A stretch of DNA of 57,985 bases from positions 1 through 57,985 of IMG/VR virus record IMGVR_UViG_3300010397_000011. One strand, 5' to 3'. The position numbers and the translations under genes were made by a program. The DNA comes from a virus (taxonomy: Duplodnaviria > Caudoviricetes). Shown here one piece after another: positions 1 through 9,326 of the stretch (its first letter is position 1; every line of letters begins with the position of its first letter). Under the pieces are notes generated by a model that was given only the letters and a program-made list of their open reading frames with translations, made no database searches and was not told the DNA's origin.

Positions 1-123
1 GGGCCGATCGTGATCGGCACGAGCAGCGGGCGCGGCTGGTAGTGGTCGTTCTGCCCGACATCACCGTCAGCGTGACCACGCTCGACGTCGTTCGCCTTCA
101 CGTCGGGAATGCCCAGGCCAGAC
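1..123. repeat. Terminal direct repeat, copy 1 (circular assembly overlap)
   Basis: 1-123 is identical to 57863-57985; an ORF reads in frame across the join. Confidence 0.97.
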
Positions 124-197
124 ACGTCACCGAGCCGGTACGGCGTGTCGTCACCGAGGAGCAGCCCGCGGATCAGGATCGTGCGGCACTGCGTCAC
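1..197 (-). CDS. Distal tail protein (Dit-like), 5' part; continues across the join to 57634
   Basis: GTG at 197 overlaps the tape-measure stop (GTGA); MTQCRTILIRGLLLGDDTPYRLGDVSGLGIPDVKANDVERGHADGD continues into the 57634 ORF; lies directly after the tape measure gene. Confidence 0.75.
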   Translation of the reverse strand, partial: MTQCRTILIRGLLLGDDTPYRLGDVSGLGIPDVKANDVERGHADGDVGQNDHYQPRPLLVPITIG

Positions 198-2323
198 GCC
201 GCCTCCATCCCGAACCGCCAGGCGAAGTGCTCAGCAATCGTCGACGCGACCTCGAGTGGCGACGCGTCAGGCGGCGACGGCACGATGAGTTGTTCCACGT
301 GGAACGTCGAGCCTGCACCGACGCCGACCGTCGCACCGCCACGCGACAGGTTGGCGAGCCGGTCGTTCGGCGTGATCGACGCACCCGCAGGCAGGCGGAC
401 GATCTCAGGCCCGCGCTCACCGACGAGCAGCGAGCCGCCGCTCAGCACCGTGCCACCCGTCGCACCGCCGAACAGATGCTTGGCTCCGCTGATGACACCG
501 CCGACGACACCCGCGCCCTTCTTGAAGAAGTCCACGACGTCGCCCGGTGTCGGGATGAACGAGAGGATCGCCTTCGTGATCTGCTCGCCCGACGACGTGA
601 TGCCCCGCACGACGCCACCGACCATTGCCGAGCCCGCGTCCACGAGGTCGGTCGCCGCGCCAGCCGCCGCGCTCGACACGGTGGTAGCGAAGGCGTTGAC
701 CAGGTGCTCGCCCGCGTGCGCGATCGCGCCGGGTGTCGCGAGGATCGCGTCGATGCCCGCGCCCACACCGTTGACGATCGCGAGGAACGAGCCCGTCACG
801 CGTGTGACCACACCGCCGACCCCGGCTTGTACCAGCCCAGCCCCTAGGTCGAGTGCGTTCAGGACACCATTGCCGAGACCGTCGCGGATGTGCTGGAACA
901 GGTCGCCGGGGTTGTCACCGAGGAAGCGGTCGATCGCGCCGAACGCGTCACCGATGATCTGCCCTGCCTTCGGCACGACGGCCGCGGTTGCGTTGCCGAC
1001 ATCGAGGATCGCGTTGCCGAGTGCTTCGCCGCCATGCGACGAGAGGAACGACGCGACCTCTTGCGACCCGGTGATGAAGTTCGTCTTGATGACGTCGAAC
1101 CCAGCCTTGAAGTTCTGATCGATCTGCGAGGGATGCACCTCGATGCCGAGGTTGAAGACATCGCTGATCGTGTTCGCGACTTTCGCTGTGACCTTGTCGA
1201 GGTTCGACGCGTTCTCGTCAGCAATAGCGAGGATCGTCTTATCGTGCTGCACGTCAGCGAGCGTCACGCCGAGCAGGCCGCCTTGCTGCGGTGCCGCGGG
1301 ACCCGCGACGCGTTGCTCGGGGATGCCGAAGTTCTTCGCGACCTGCGCGGCTGTCGCTGCGTTCTTCGTGCTGCGGCCGAGGAGGAACGCGTCGAACTCG
1401 TTCTGCACGACTTCGAGCCCGCGCTGGAAGTTCGACTTGCCGAGAGCGCCCTTGTTCGGATCGAAAATCTCAGCGAACAGCCCACGAGCCCCCTGCGCGA
1501 TCGGCTCGAAGATCGCGCCCGCCCCGCGCAGCACACTGGCCGCCGCGTCGAGTGCGACAGGGATGCCTTGCATCAGGCCGGTCTCGATCGTGTCGATCAC
1601 CGGGAGGAGCCGCGCACCCAGGTCCTCTTGCAACTCGTGGATGAACTCGTGGAACTTCGCGCCCGCTGTCGCCTGCGCCTGCGCGCTGCCCGCGAACTCG
1701 CGGTTCAACTCAGCGAGGATCAGCTTCTGCGCGCCGACAAGATCGCCGCTCGCTTGCAGCGCCTTGATCTGTTCCTTCTGCTGAGCAGTGAACGAGACAC
1801 CAACACGCGTCAGCGCGAGCAGGCCCTTCGTCGGGTCGTTCAACGCCTTGCCCAACTGGATCGCCGCGCCCGGCGCGTCCTTGCCGAGCGCCACGCTCAT
1901 GTCGAGCAGCGTCGTCGTCGTCTGATCGAAGATGTCGTTGCCCTCACCCGCTCGGTTGCGGATGTTCGTGAACGTGAGGAGCAGGTTCTCGGCCTTCGCG
2001 ATCGTGTCGTCCTCAACGCCGCTCATGTGCGACAGCGACCGCGCCAGTTTCTCGACCTCTTCGGCGCCGACGTTCGCCACGCCCTGCGTGCTCTTGATGA
2101 CAGCACCGGTCTGCGCCGCGATCTTGCGAGCCTCGTCAGCCGCCTTCACCGACTCCTTGCCGAAGTCGAAAATCTTCTCCGCCGCGAACGTCGCGGCGAA
2201 CGCGCCAGCCGCGACCTTCGCGACGTCCTTCATCTGACCCTTGATGCCGCTCTCGGCCTCGCGCGAGAAGTTCTTCGACTCGGGCTTGATCTCGACGAAC
2301 GCGTCACCGATGATCGTCGGCAC
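194..2323 (-). CDS. Tape measure protein
   Basis: 709 aa, Ala/Gly-rich and helical; N-terminus IGDAFVEIKP, AAIQLGKALNDP core, C-terminal LVGERGPE motif; follows the chaperone pair. Confidence 0.92.
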   Translation of the reverse strand: MPTIIGDAFVEIKPESKNFSREAESGIKGQMKDVAKVAAGAFAATFAAEKIFDFGKESVKAADEARKIAAQTGAVIKSTQGVANVGAEEVEKLARSLSHMSGVEDDTIAKAENLLLTFTNIRNRAGEGNDIFDQTTTTLLDMSVALGKDAPGAAIQLGKALNDPTKGLLALTRVGVSFTAQQKEQIKALQASGDLVGAQKLILAELNREFAGSAQAQATAGAKFHEFIHELQEDLGARLLPVIDTIETGLMQGIPVALDAAASVLRGAGAIFEPIAQGARGLFAEIFDPNKGALGKSNFQRGLEVVQNEFDAFLLGRSTKNAATAAQVAKNFGIPEQRVAGPAAPQQGGLLGVTLADVQHDKTILAIADENASNLDKVTAKVANTISDVFNLGIEVHPSQIDQNFKAGFDVIKTNFITGSQEVASFLSSHGGEALGNAILDVGNATAAVVPKAGQIIGDAFGAIDRFLGDNPGDLFQHIRDGLGNGVLNALDLGAGLVQAGVGGVVTRVTGSFLAIVNGVGAGIDAILATPGAIAHAGEHLVNAFATTVSSAAAGAATDLVDAGSAMVGGVVRGITSSGEQITKAILSFIPTPGDVVDFFKKGAGVVGGVISGAKHLFGGATGGTVLSGGSLLVGERGPEIVRLPAGASITPNDRLANLSRGGATVGVGAGSTFHVEQLIVPSPPDASPLEVASTIAEHFAWRFGMEAA

Positions 2324-2679
2324 TACTCAGGTCTCCGTTCGGGCCGCTTCATGTTCGGGTCACGAGGTGGTGCGGGTGGCAGCGCCGTCATTCTGGCATC
2401 CCACTCGGCCTCGGTGATGCCCCACCGCTTGCGGCTCGCGATCAGCGGCTTGGCGAAGTGCTCGCTGTAAGCCTTCAGCGCCTCGTCGAGGTCGGCCAAC
2501 GGATGCCCGTCGACGCGAATCGCGAGCGTGACGTTGAGGAGTTCGCGCAGGGTGAGGTCGTCGAGCCGGTAGCCCGCGAGGAGGAGCCGCCCTTCCACGT
2601 ACTGCGTGTGGGCCAGAGCCCACGTCGCTAGGTGGAGAGCGGCGTCGAAGGGTGGCCTGACTGCAACGGCGCGAGCCAC
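2323..2679 (-). CDS. Tail assembly chaperone, downstream (gpT-like) frame, probably reached by -1 frameshift
   Basis: Overlaps the 3' end of the 2628-3017 ORF in the -1 frame and sits immediately before the tape measure gene. Confidence 0.7.
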   Translation of the reverse strand: MARAVAVRPPFDAALHLATWALAHTQYVEGRLLLAGYRLDDLTLRELLNVTLAIRVDGHPLADLDEALKAYSEHFAKPLIASRKRWGITEAEWDARMTALPPAPPRDPNMKRPERRPE

Positions 2680-3017
2680 TGCACGACGTCACCGAGCAGC
2701 GACGCGCTCACCGCCTTGGTCCGGTCGCGTGCGAACCGCGCAAACCGTTCCTGGTCCTCGTCGACCACGACCGCTTGTAGGTATCCCATAAGGGCATCGG
2801 CGGGCCACACCTGATTGCCCTGCGCGTCGGTGAAGAACGTCGCCACGAAGTCAGCGGCGATGCCCGCAGGCACCGACGGGATCGCGGTGAACTCCTCGAT
2901 CCAGTCCACCTCTTTCGTCTCGCCGTTCTCGTCGACGACGCGCTGCTTGCCCTCGAGTACGAACACGAGCGGGTCGTCGTTCGGGACCAGCGGTTGCACG
3001 AACACTTTGCGGGGCAT
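2628..3017 (-). CDS. Tail assembly chaperone (gpG-like)
   Basis: 129 aa acidic protein, two genes upstream of the tape measure gene. Confidence 0.75.
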   Translation of the reverse strand: MPRKVFVQPLVPNDDPLVFVLEGKQRVVDENGETKEVDWIEEFTAIPSVPAGIAADFVATFFTDAQGNQVWPADALMGYLQAVVVDEDQERFARFARDRTKAVSASLLGDVVQWLAPLQSGHPSTPLST

Positions 3018-3487
3018 CAGTACCGACCTCTCAGGACTGCCAACGCTCGGATGAGGAAGCGGTTCGGCTTCGTGCCGGGATGCTGCACCGACTTGATGCG
3101 GATCAGCCGGTCGTACCGCTTCGAGAAGAACACGAGCATCGGCGCGCGGCGCGCGGTGATCGTGTGAGGGACGGTGCCCTCATGCACCCACAGGGAGACG
3201 GGATCGTCGGAGCCCACGAGCGCGGACGGCCCGCTCGGGCTGGTGACGATGCGCTTCACGATCGAGTTGCGCAGTTGCCCAGGCGGCCGTTGCCGATGCG
3301 ATGCCGTGTACGCGTCGGGCGGCACGAACACCGGGCACTCTTCCTTCGCCTTGATCTTCACGAGCTCCGCGTCCTCGATCAGTCGGCGCACGACGGGACC
3401 GCCCGGCCCGCGCAGCAGTTCGGCCAACTTCGTCGGGTTCATCACGACGCGCACACCGAACGTCCCGGCGCTCGACGTACTAGCCAC
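3017..3487 (-). CDS. HK97 gp10-like tail completion/neck protein
   Basis: GQLRNSI, VHEGTVPH and HPGTKPNRFL motifs; basic protein. Confidence 0.8.
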   Translation of the reverse strand: MASTSSAGTFGVRVVMNPTKLAELLRGPGGPVVRRLIEDAELVKIKAKEECPVFVPPDAYTASHRQRPPGQLRNSIVKRIVTSPSGPSALVGSDDPVSLWVHEGTVPHTITARRAPMLVFFSKRYDRLIRIKSVQHPGTKPNRFLIRALAVLRGRY

Positions 3488-3992
3488 TGACGAGGCCCAC
3501 CTTGACGCGCGTGTCGGAGCCCACGTGCCCGCCGCTCGGACCGACCACCGCCGCGGACTGGAACACGTACGAGTGGCAGGCGACCATGCCCGCCTGCACC
3601 GCGGCGACGAGCGCGTTGTGCACGCGGATCATGTCAGCGAACACCAACTCCGCGTCGCTCTGCTCCTCGCCCACTGACGGCACGAGCACCCGCTTGTTGC
3701 GCACCTTCGGCACTGCGTCCTGGCATCGCATCAGCCGGATGACGTACGTGCCCGACTGGCCGGCGAACGCGGCCGACGCGCTGTTCGAGTCGAACACGTC
3801 GATCGTCGGGTCGAGCGCGGACGGCGCTGTCGATTCGAGCCAGATCGCGAGCATCGGGCAGTCGTCGACGGCCTGGCCTGCCGACACGAACTGCCGCTCG
3901 GGGAGGTCGACGCCAGCGGTGTCGTACGCGTCGACGATCGCGTCGAGCATCGCTTCGGCAATGTCGAACGGTCGCTCAGGCGGGAGCGCCAC
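3480..3992 (-). CDS. Putative tail terminator
   Basis: Position; acidic 170 aa ending VGPSGGHVG as in actinophage tail terminators. Confidence 0.6.
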   Translation of the reverse strand: MALPPERPFDIAEAMLDAIVDAYDTAGVDLPERQFVSAGQAVDDCPMLAIWLESTAPSALDPTIDVFDSNSASAAFAGQSGTYVIRLMRCQDAVPKVRNKRVLVPSVGEEQSDAELVFADMIRVHNALVAAVQAGMVACHSYVFQSAAVVGPSGGHVGSDTRVKVGLVSG

Positions 3993-4179
3993 GGTCGTCC
4001 TTCAGGAGCAGCGCGGCGCGGGGCTTCGGTCGTTGCGCCTCGATCGCCGCGACCCGTGCCGCGCGCTTCGGCCACGGGCCGATCCACTGCCCGATCGTCT
4101 CGACGCTGTTGGTCATCACGAACGACGTGAGCCAGGCGTCGTTCGTCTCGGACGCGATGCGGGTCCGCACGTCAGCCAT
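3976..4179 (-). CDS. Small hypothetical protein
   Basis: ATG overlaps the upstream stop (ATGGCTGA); 67 aa. Confidence 0.5.
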   Translation of the reverse strand: MADVRTRIASETNDAWLTSFVMTNSVETIGQWIGPWPKRAARVAAIEAQRPKPRAALLLKDDRGAPA

Positions 4180-5134
4180 CGAGGAGGTCGAGGATCTGTC
4201 GTGCTGCACGTCCAGCGGCGTGGTCGTCGTGGTACTCGTAGCACCGGGTCACGGCAGCCGAGCGTAGTGCGCAGTGCGCAGCGGGGTCCTCGATCGCTTC
4301 GAGCACCGCGTCGAGGAGGTCGTCGGGCTCGTCGACCTGGCGGCCCGGCACGTGCGACCAGAACCGCAGCCCGTGCTCGACGTCGCGTCGGTACCACGGC
4401 GCGTTGAGCACCACGACAGGGATGCCGAGCGCGGCCGCTTCGTACATCAGCGACGTGTTGTCCGCGACGAGGACGTCAGCCTTCGCCAGGACCTCGGCCC
4501 CGTCACGCCAGTACGGGGCGCCCACAGCCGCCCACACGCCCTCATACCTCCGTGCCCCACGGGGATGGGCATGCCCGACCAGGGAGCCCCCAGCGGCGCC
4601 CAGGGCCTGCCCTAGCGGACGCAGGGCCCGCAGGTGGTGGGGCATCGCGGACATGGTCTCGGGGATCGTCGGGCAGTCCCAGTGGAACGTCACCGCCACG
4701 ACCCCCGTGCGTTCACGCTGCACCTCGCGAAGTCGGTCGAGTTTCGGGCATCCGACCACCGCGACACGCGCCGACGGGTAGCGGCGCAGCCAGTTCTCAC
4801 CGACGACGCGGTTCGGGCAGAGGAACAGCACGACGTGATCGAGGTCGTCGCCGCCCGAGTACGACGGTGACGACGCGAGCCGCTTGTCGCCGTAGTACGT
4901 CTGCCCCGCGCCGTGCTCGACCATCACGAGCGGCAGCTTCGGCCAGCGGTACGCGTCGACAGCGCCAGCGATGATGACGGCCTCGGGCTTGTGCGTGCCG
5001 ACCCGCTCACCCCACGTCGTGCCGCGCGGTGCGAGGAACTTCCCGCGCCGCTCGGCGGGCAGCGCGTCCCACACCGGCCTGATGTGCTCGGCGTAATGCG
5101 GGAACGACGCGTACGCGTCGATGCGCTCGATCAC
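4172..5134 (-). CDS. GT-B fold transferase, CDP-glycerol:poly(glycerophosphate) transferase (TagF)-like
   Basis: EHG, VVGCPKLD, HPR and ADVLVADNTSLMYEAAALGIPVV motifs; start re-called at the GTG overlapping the upstream stop. Confidence 0.72.
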   Translation of the reverse strand: MIERIDAYASFPHYAEHIRPVWDALPAERRGKFLAPRGTTWGERVGTHKPEAVIIAGAVDAYRWPKLPLVMVEHGAGQTYYGDKRLASSPSYSGGDDLDHVVLFLCPNRVVGENWLRRYPSARVAVVGCPKLDRLREVQRERTGVVAVTFHWDCPTIPETMSAMPHHLRALRPLGQALGAAGGSLVGHAHPRGARRYEGVWAAVGAPYWRDGAEVLAKADVLVADNTSLMYEAAALGIPVVVLNAPWYRRDVEHGLRFWSHVPGRQVDEPDDLLDAVLEAIEDPAAHCALRSAAVTRCYEYHDDHAAGRAARQILDLLDG

Positions 5135-6147
5135 ACGGCCTCCAACGCGGCACGCCATGTCGGGAGCAGCGCGTCCCACGAGTGGTCCTCGGCCCACGCC
5201 GCGACCTTGCGACGGTGCAGTTCGAGTTGCCCACGATCGCGAGCGAGGAGGTCCATCGCCGCGGCGATACTCGAGGGAAGCGGCGTCGCGATCCGCAACG
5301 GCCCGGCCTGCGTGAACAGTCGCCCGTTGAGCGCGGACTGCGTGAGCAGCGCGGGGTACCAGTCGTTCGGTGGCACCTTCGGCATGATCGGCACGAGGCC
5401 CGCGCCGATCGCCTCCTGCACCGGCAGGCACAGCCCGCCGTAGCGGCGCGGCATGACGAGCACGTCCTGGTCCTCGTACATCTCCCAGTAGTTCTCGGCC
5501 GCGGGTCGGATCGTGAGCGACGCGTTCGGCCCGACCCGCGCTGTCTGCCACGGGCGGCAGTCCTGGTCGATGACCGTGATGTCGATGGCCTCGTGCAGGA
5601 TCGAGCAGGCCCGCAGGAACGGCACCGTGCCGTTCCGATCAGCGGCGGCCTGGTGGCCGGCGACGTGGAGGACGCGCAGTGGGCCGTCACGGTTGAGCGA
5701 CGGCCACCGCCAACGGTCGAGCGGGATCGGGATCGGGATCACCCGATGCGGGCCTGCGTGCTCGGCGCGCCACGGTGTCGGCAGCCACACCTCGGTCGGC
5801 CGTGGCGTCTCGGGGCCCAGGAACTCGGGCATCGCGTGCAGCACCGTCTTGACGCCAGCGAGGTTGGCCCATCCCACGATGCGCGGGTCGTAGAACGTCT
5901 CGGCCGTGTAGATCACGTCGAGGCCGTCGATCCACTCGCGCACCGCGAGTTCGGGCAGGCGCCCGTCGCGGAACAGCCCGATCGTCGTGCGGTCCAGGTC
6001 GAACCGATCGTGGTGCATCGGGAACCCGCGGCCGAGCACGCCCATGTCGACGAGCAGCACCCTGTCAGGGACCAGGTGCCGGGCGACTTCCCACGTGAGG
6101 ATGCCCAGCCCGCGGTTCTCCGCGCGGGCTATCAGCCCGACCTTCAT
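5131..6147 (-). CDS. Glycosyltransferase (GT4-like)
   Basis: DVLVMPRRYGGLCLPVQEAIGAGLV matches the GT4 donor-binding region. Confidence 0.82.
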   Translation of the reverse strand: MKVGLIARAENRGLGILTWEVARHLVPDRVLLVDMGVLGRGFPMHHDRFDLDRTTIGLFRDGRLPELAVREWIDGLDVIYTAETFYDPRIVGWANLAGVKTVLHAMPEFLGPETPRPTEVWLPTPWRAEHAGPHRVIPIPIPLDRWRWPSLNRDGPLRVLHVAGHQAAADRNGTVPFLRACSILHEAIDITVIDQDCRPWQTARVGPNASLTIRPAAENYWEMYEDQDVLVMPRRYGGLCLPVQEAIGAGLVPIMPKVPPNDWYPALLTQSALNGRLFTQAGPLRIATPLPSSIAAAMDLLARDRGQLELHRRKVAAWAEDHSWDALLPTWRAALEAV

Positions 6148-6170
6148 CGGCACGGGTGCAGACTGCCGGT

Positions 6171-6431
6171 ATGCGCAGAGCACTGATCGTTCTCGCCGTC
6201 GCAGTGGCAGCCGCGATTCCGGCTGTCGCCGCGCAGGCAGGCACTACTCCACCCGAGCCGAAGACCTCGACCATCGCGGTCGCGATCGACTCGCACCTCG
6301 GTGACACGACGGCTGTCATCGACTGCGGTCCGTTCGGCGTGCAGACCGCACCGGCCGGTGACGGCACGCTGATCCTGGCGAACGTGTACGCGCCGTCGAA
6401 GGTGCGGTGCACGATCACGCTGAAGGGCTGA
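6171..6431 (+). CDS. Small secreted protein (antisense insert)
   Basis: Signal peptide MRRALIVLAVAVAAAIPAVAAQA, two Cys; fills the gap between minus-strand genes. Confidence 0.65.
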   Translation: MRRALIVLAVAVAAAIPAVAAQAGTTPPEPKTSTIAVAIDSHLGDTTAVIDCGPFGVQTAPAGDGTLILANVYAPSKVRCTITLKG

Positions 6432-6433
6432 CA

Positions 6434-6958
6434 TCACCGAACGCCGATGACGACGAACGACTCGGACGCGCGGGCGCCAGCCCAGGTCGAGGTTTCCAGA
6501 ATCTCCGAGGCGAGCAGGCCGCGACGGTGCAGCCGCTCGACGACTGACTCGCCCGACCACATCGAGCGTCGACTCCCGTGCCACGTCGCCCACCGCAGGA
6601 TCTTCCCCTCGTCAGTGGGCTCGACGTCATCGCTCACGAGGTCCTGCATCTCGGGCGCGAAGTACGAGCCGATGCGCCACGAGAAGATGACGTCGATGAT
6701 GTCTGCGTCGACAACGATCAGCGTGCCGCGCGGCTCAAGACACTTCGCGCACTCGTCGAGCACCTGGTCGGCGTCGTCGTAGGTGAACAGATGCAGCACG
6801 TGATTGAGCAGCACCGTCTCCGCGGAGCGGTGCCACCGTCGCAGGTCCCGCGCGCTGCCCTCGCTGACGTTCGGGCCGAAGTAGCGAGGGTCGGTGTCGA
6901 TGTTCACCCAGCCGTCGCGCACGTCCTCGCCGCATCCCACGTTCAGCCTCACGCCCAT
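6434..6958 (-). CDS. Class I SAM-dependent methyltransferase
   Basis: RLNVGCG...GWVNID, HVLH and LEPRGTL motifs. Confidence 0.82.
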   Translation of the reverse strand: MGVRLNVGCGEDVRDGWVNIDTDPRYFGPNVSEGSARDLRRWHRSAETVLLNHVLHLFTYDDADQVLDECAKCLEPRGTLIVVDADIIDVIFSWRIGSYFAPEMQDLVSDDVEPTDEGKILRWATWHGSRRSMWSGESVVERLHRRGLLASEILETSTWAGARASESFVVIGVR

Positions 6959-7623
6959 TCCCAGTACCTCTCGGGTGTCATCACACAGTTGTGGCCGAGG
7001 CCGTTGCCCTCGTTGCCGATGACAGGCCACTGCGATCGGTACTGCTCGCACGCCTGAAGCTTCAGACCAGCCTCGCCCGTGCCGACGAACGTGCGCTGCA
7101 GCATCGCGTTGTGCCGCTTCGACTCAGCGGCGATCGACGCGTGACGGTACAAGATCGACTCGGGATCAGTCACCGAGCCGGGCAGGTCCGCGTAGAACCG
7201 GAGCCGGTCGGCGCTCACCGTCCGAATCGCGAGCGACGTCACGCGGTAGTGGTCGGGGTGCAGCACACCGAGCGGTGCGAGCACGTAGTCAGGGTTCACC
7301 GCCGCGACGATCGACGAGACCATGCTCGACGCGGCTTCCCAGTCGAACGCCTGCCCGTACTGCACGTCGCAGAACGGGAGGTGCATTGCCGCAGCGTTGA
7401 GGACCGAGAGCGCGGTGATGTCCTCCTCGCGCCGCGTCTTGATCGCATCAGCCGCGTGACGGAACCCGCAGTGCTCGTCGTACGGGGTCGTCACTCGGAA
7501 CGGGGCAGGCGGGTACCCGGCGAAGACGGTCGCCACCACGACGTCGGGTCGGCCCGCCATGAACTGCCCGCACGACAGCACCGCGTCGTCGAGGTGCGGA
7601 GAGAGGATCAGTACCGGGTCCAC
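6949..7623 (-). CDS. PIG-L/LmbE-family N-deacetylase
   Basis: SPHLDDAVLSCG, RREED and HPDH motifs. Confidence 0.9.
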   Translation of the reverse strand: MDPVLILSPHLDDAVLSCGQFMAGRPDVVVATVFAGYPPAPFRVTTPYDEHCGFRHAADAIKTRREEDITALSVLNAAAMHLPFCDVQYGQAFDWEAASSMVSSIVAAVNPDYVLAPLGVLHPDHYRVTSLAIRTVSADRLRFYADLPGSVTDPESILYRHASIAAESKRHNAMLQRTFVGTGEAGLKLQACEQYRSQWPVIGNEGNGLGHNCVMTPERYWEWA

Positions 7624-7838
7624 CGGCCCCGCATCTGCCGTTCCCTCACCCGACGCTGACGCTGGACGTACAGCGCGATCGACGAGCCCACGACCGTGGC
7701 GAACGCGACCGCGAGGACGAACGCGTTGTACGGCCCGAGCCCGTGCGTGCCGATGTCGCCCCCGACCATGACGAACGACAGCGCCCCCATCCCGAGGGCG
7801 CTGCCGAACATCACATCAGGGACGAGGTCGCCCCTCAC
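7608..7838 (-). CDS. Small membrane protein
   Basis: Two hydrophobic segments and a basic tail. Confidence 0.55.
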   Translation of the reverse strand: MRGDLVPDVMFGSALGMGALSFVMVGGDIGTHGLGPYNAFVLAVAFATVVGSSIALYVQRQRRVRERQMRGRWTRY

Positions 7839-8596
7839 GCCGCCCGCATACGGCGGACCAGGAACGCGCCCACGCCGATGAGGCCGAGGCCCGCAGCGGT
7901 GAGCGGCACCGTGTCACTGCCGGTGTGCGGGAGTTCCGTCGGGGTCGCGACTGGCGCGGCCGGGGTGACGACCGGCGCGGCAGTCGTGGGCGGCGCGACC
8001 GTGGTCGTGCTCGCCGGGACTGTCGTGGCCACCACGGTCGTCGTGGCAGCGGTGGTCGCTGTCGTCTCGGGGATCGAGGTGCAGTTGTGCAACACGTCGC
8101 ACGGGACGGTCGTCGTGGTCTGCGGCACCGTCGTCGTGGCGGCCGTAGTGGTCGCACCTGTCGTGGTGGTCGCGATGGTCGTCGTGGCCGCGGTCGTCGT
8201 CGTGGCCAACGTGGTGGTCGCACCCGTTGTCGTCGGCGCGGTCGTCGTCGTGGTCGCGTAGCCGTAGCAGAGGATCGCGTGGCTCAGCGTCTTCCCCGAC
8301 GAGTGCGAGTACGACTCCCCGACCTCGGGGTTCGTGAACGTCTCGTTCTCGTGCTCGACCGACTGGTCACTGCCCGCCTTCAGCACGAGCAACGTCCACG
8401 TCTTCCCATCGGGAGGTGCAGGCACGGTGAACGACGTCGAGTTGAGGTTGTCGTACTTGACCCCCATGTCGGAGCCGCCGCACCAGTAGGCGACCTCGTT
8501 CGTGTTCGGGGGTGGACTGCCTGTCGCGCCCGCGGTGACCGCGAGCCCGAGCGTGAGTGCCACCGCACTCATCGCTATCAGTAGGAACCTTCGCAT
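7835..8596 (-). CDS. Secreted Thr-rich protein with LPXTG sortase anchor
   Basis: Signal peptide, Cys-containing domain, long poly-Thr linker, then LPHTG + hydrophobic helix + RRMR; strong RBS GAAGGAGAGAGACC. Confidence 0.85.
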   Translation of the reverse strand: MRRFLLIAMSAVALTLGLAVTAGATGSPPPNTNEVAYWCGGSDMGVKYDNLNSTSFTVPAPPDGKTWTLLVLKAGSDQSVEHENETFTNPEVGESYSHSSGKTLSHAILCYGYATTTTTAPTTTGATTTLATTTTAATTTIATTTTGATTTAATTTVPQTTTTVPCDVLHNCTSIPETTATTAATTTVVATTVPASTTTVAPPTTAAPVVTPAAPVATPTELPHTGSDTVPLTAAGLGLIGVGAFLVRRMRAA

Positions 8597-8663
8597 GGTC
8601 TCTCTCCTTCGTGTTTGGGTGTTGGTGTCAATAGGGTGCCGCACTAGGGGGGTAAAGCGCACG

Positions 8664-9326
8664 TTAGTACCGCGACCAGTAGAGCAGCCCGCCACGCGCG
8701 GGATGGCCGAACGTCTCGACGCGACCAGCGTCAGCGAGCAGCATGAACAGCCGCGCCAACTCGTCGCCTTCGAGCCATGACAAATGCGGCGACGCGGGCC
8801 CGTGCCACTCCATCGCGATGTGCTCCACACGTCGCAACGCGTCGACGGGCACCGTTGCGAACGCTGAGAACTCGCCGCCCTCGATGTCCACCTTCAGCAT
8901 CTCGACCGGGCCGTACCTATCGAGGAGCTCGACGAGCGAGACGGTCTTCACGTCGCCCGCGCCAGCGACCTGCGCGCCACCGCCATCACCCACGATGCCG
9001 ACCGACGCGCCGCCCCTGCCCGTGACCGCGACGTCGAGCACGGTCACCTGGTCGGCCACGCCGTTCAACGCGACGTGATGCAGCAGCCGCTCACGGTTCG
9101 CCTCGGCTGGCTCGATCGCGATCACACGCTCAGCCCCGGCCTTCGCTGCCAGCACCGTGAACGCGCCGACGTTCGCGCCGACGTCGATCACCGTGCCCGA
9201 GAACCCGGTCACCCGGTAGTCGTTGCGGTCCCACACCTCGACGACGACCACGAAGTCGTCGCCTGCCATGTCGATGTCGCGTGGCTCGAACACGGCCGAC
9301 CAGTCACCGAGTTGCGCGTACGTCAC
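8664..9326 (-). CDS. FkbM-family methyltransferase
   Basis: VIDVGANVG, AIEP and LKVDIEGGE motifs. Confidence 0.9.
   Translation of the reverse strand: MTYAQLGDWSAVFEPRDIDMAGDDFVVVVEVWDRNDYRVTGFSGTVIDVGANVGAFTVLAAKAGAERVIAIEPAEANRERLLHHVALNGVADQVTVLDVAVTGRGGASVGIVGDGGGAQVAGAGDVKTVSLVELLDRYGPVEMLKVDIEGGEFSAFATVPVDALRRVEHIAMEWHGPASPHLSWLEGDELARLFMLLADAGRVETFGHPARGGLLYWSRY

Noticed and set aside
1-123. 123-bp repeat as a physical terminal repeat of the virion DNA
   Set aside because: It falls in the middle of the Dit gene and is best explained as assembler overlap of a circular or permuted genome
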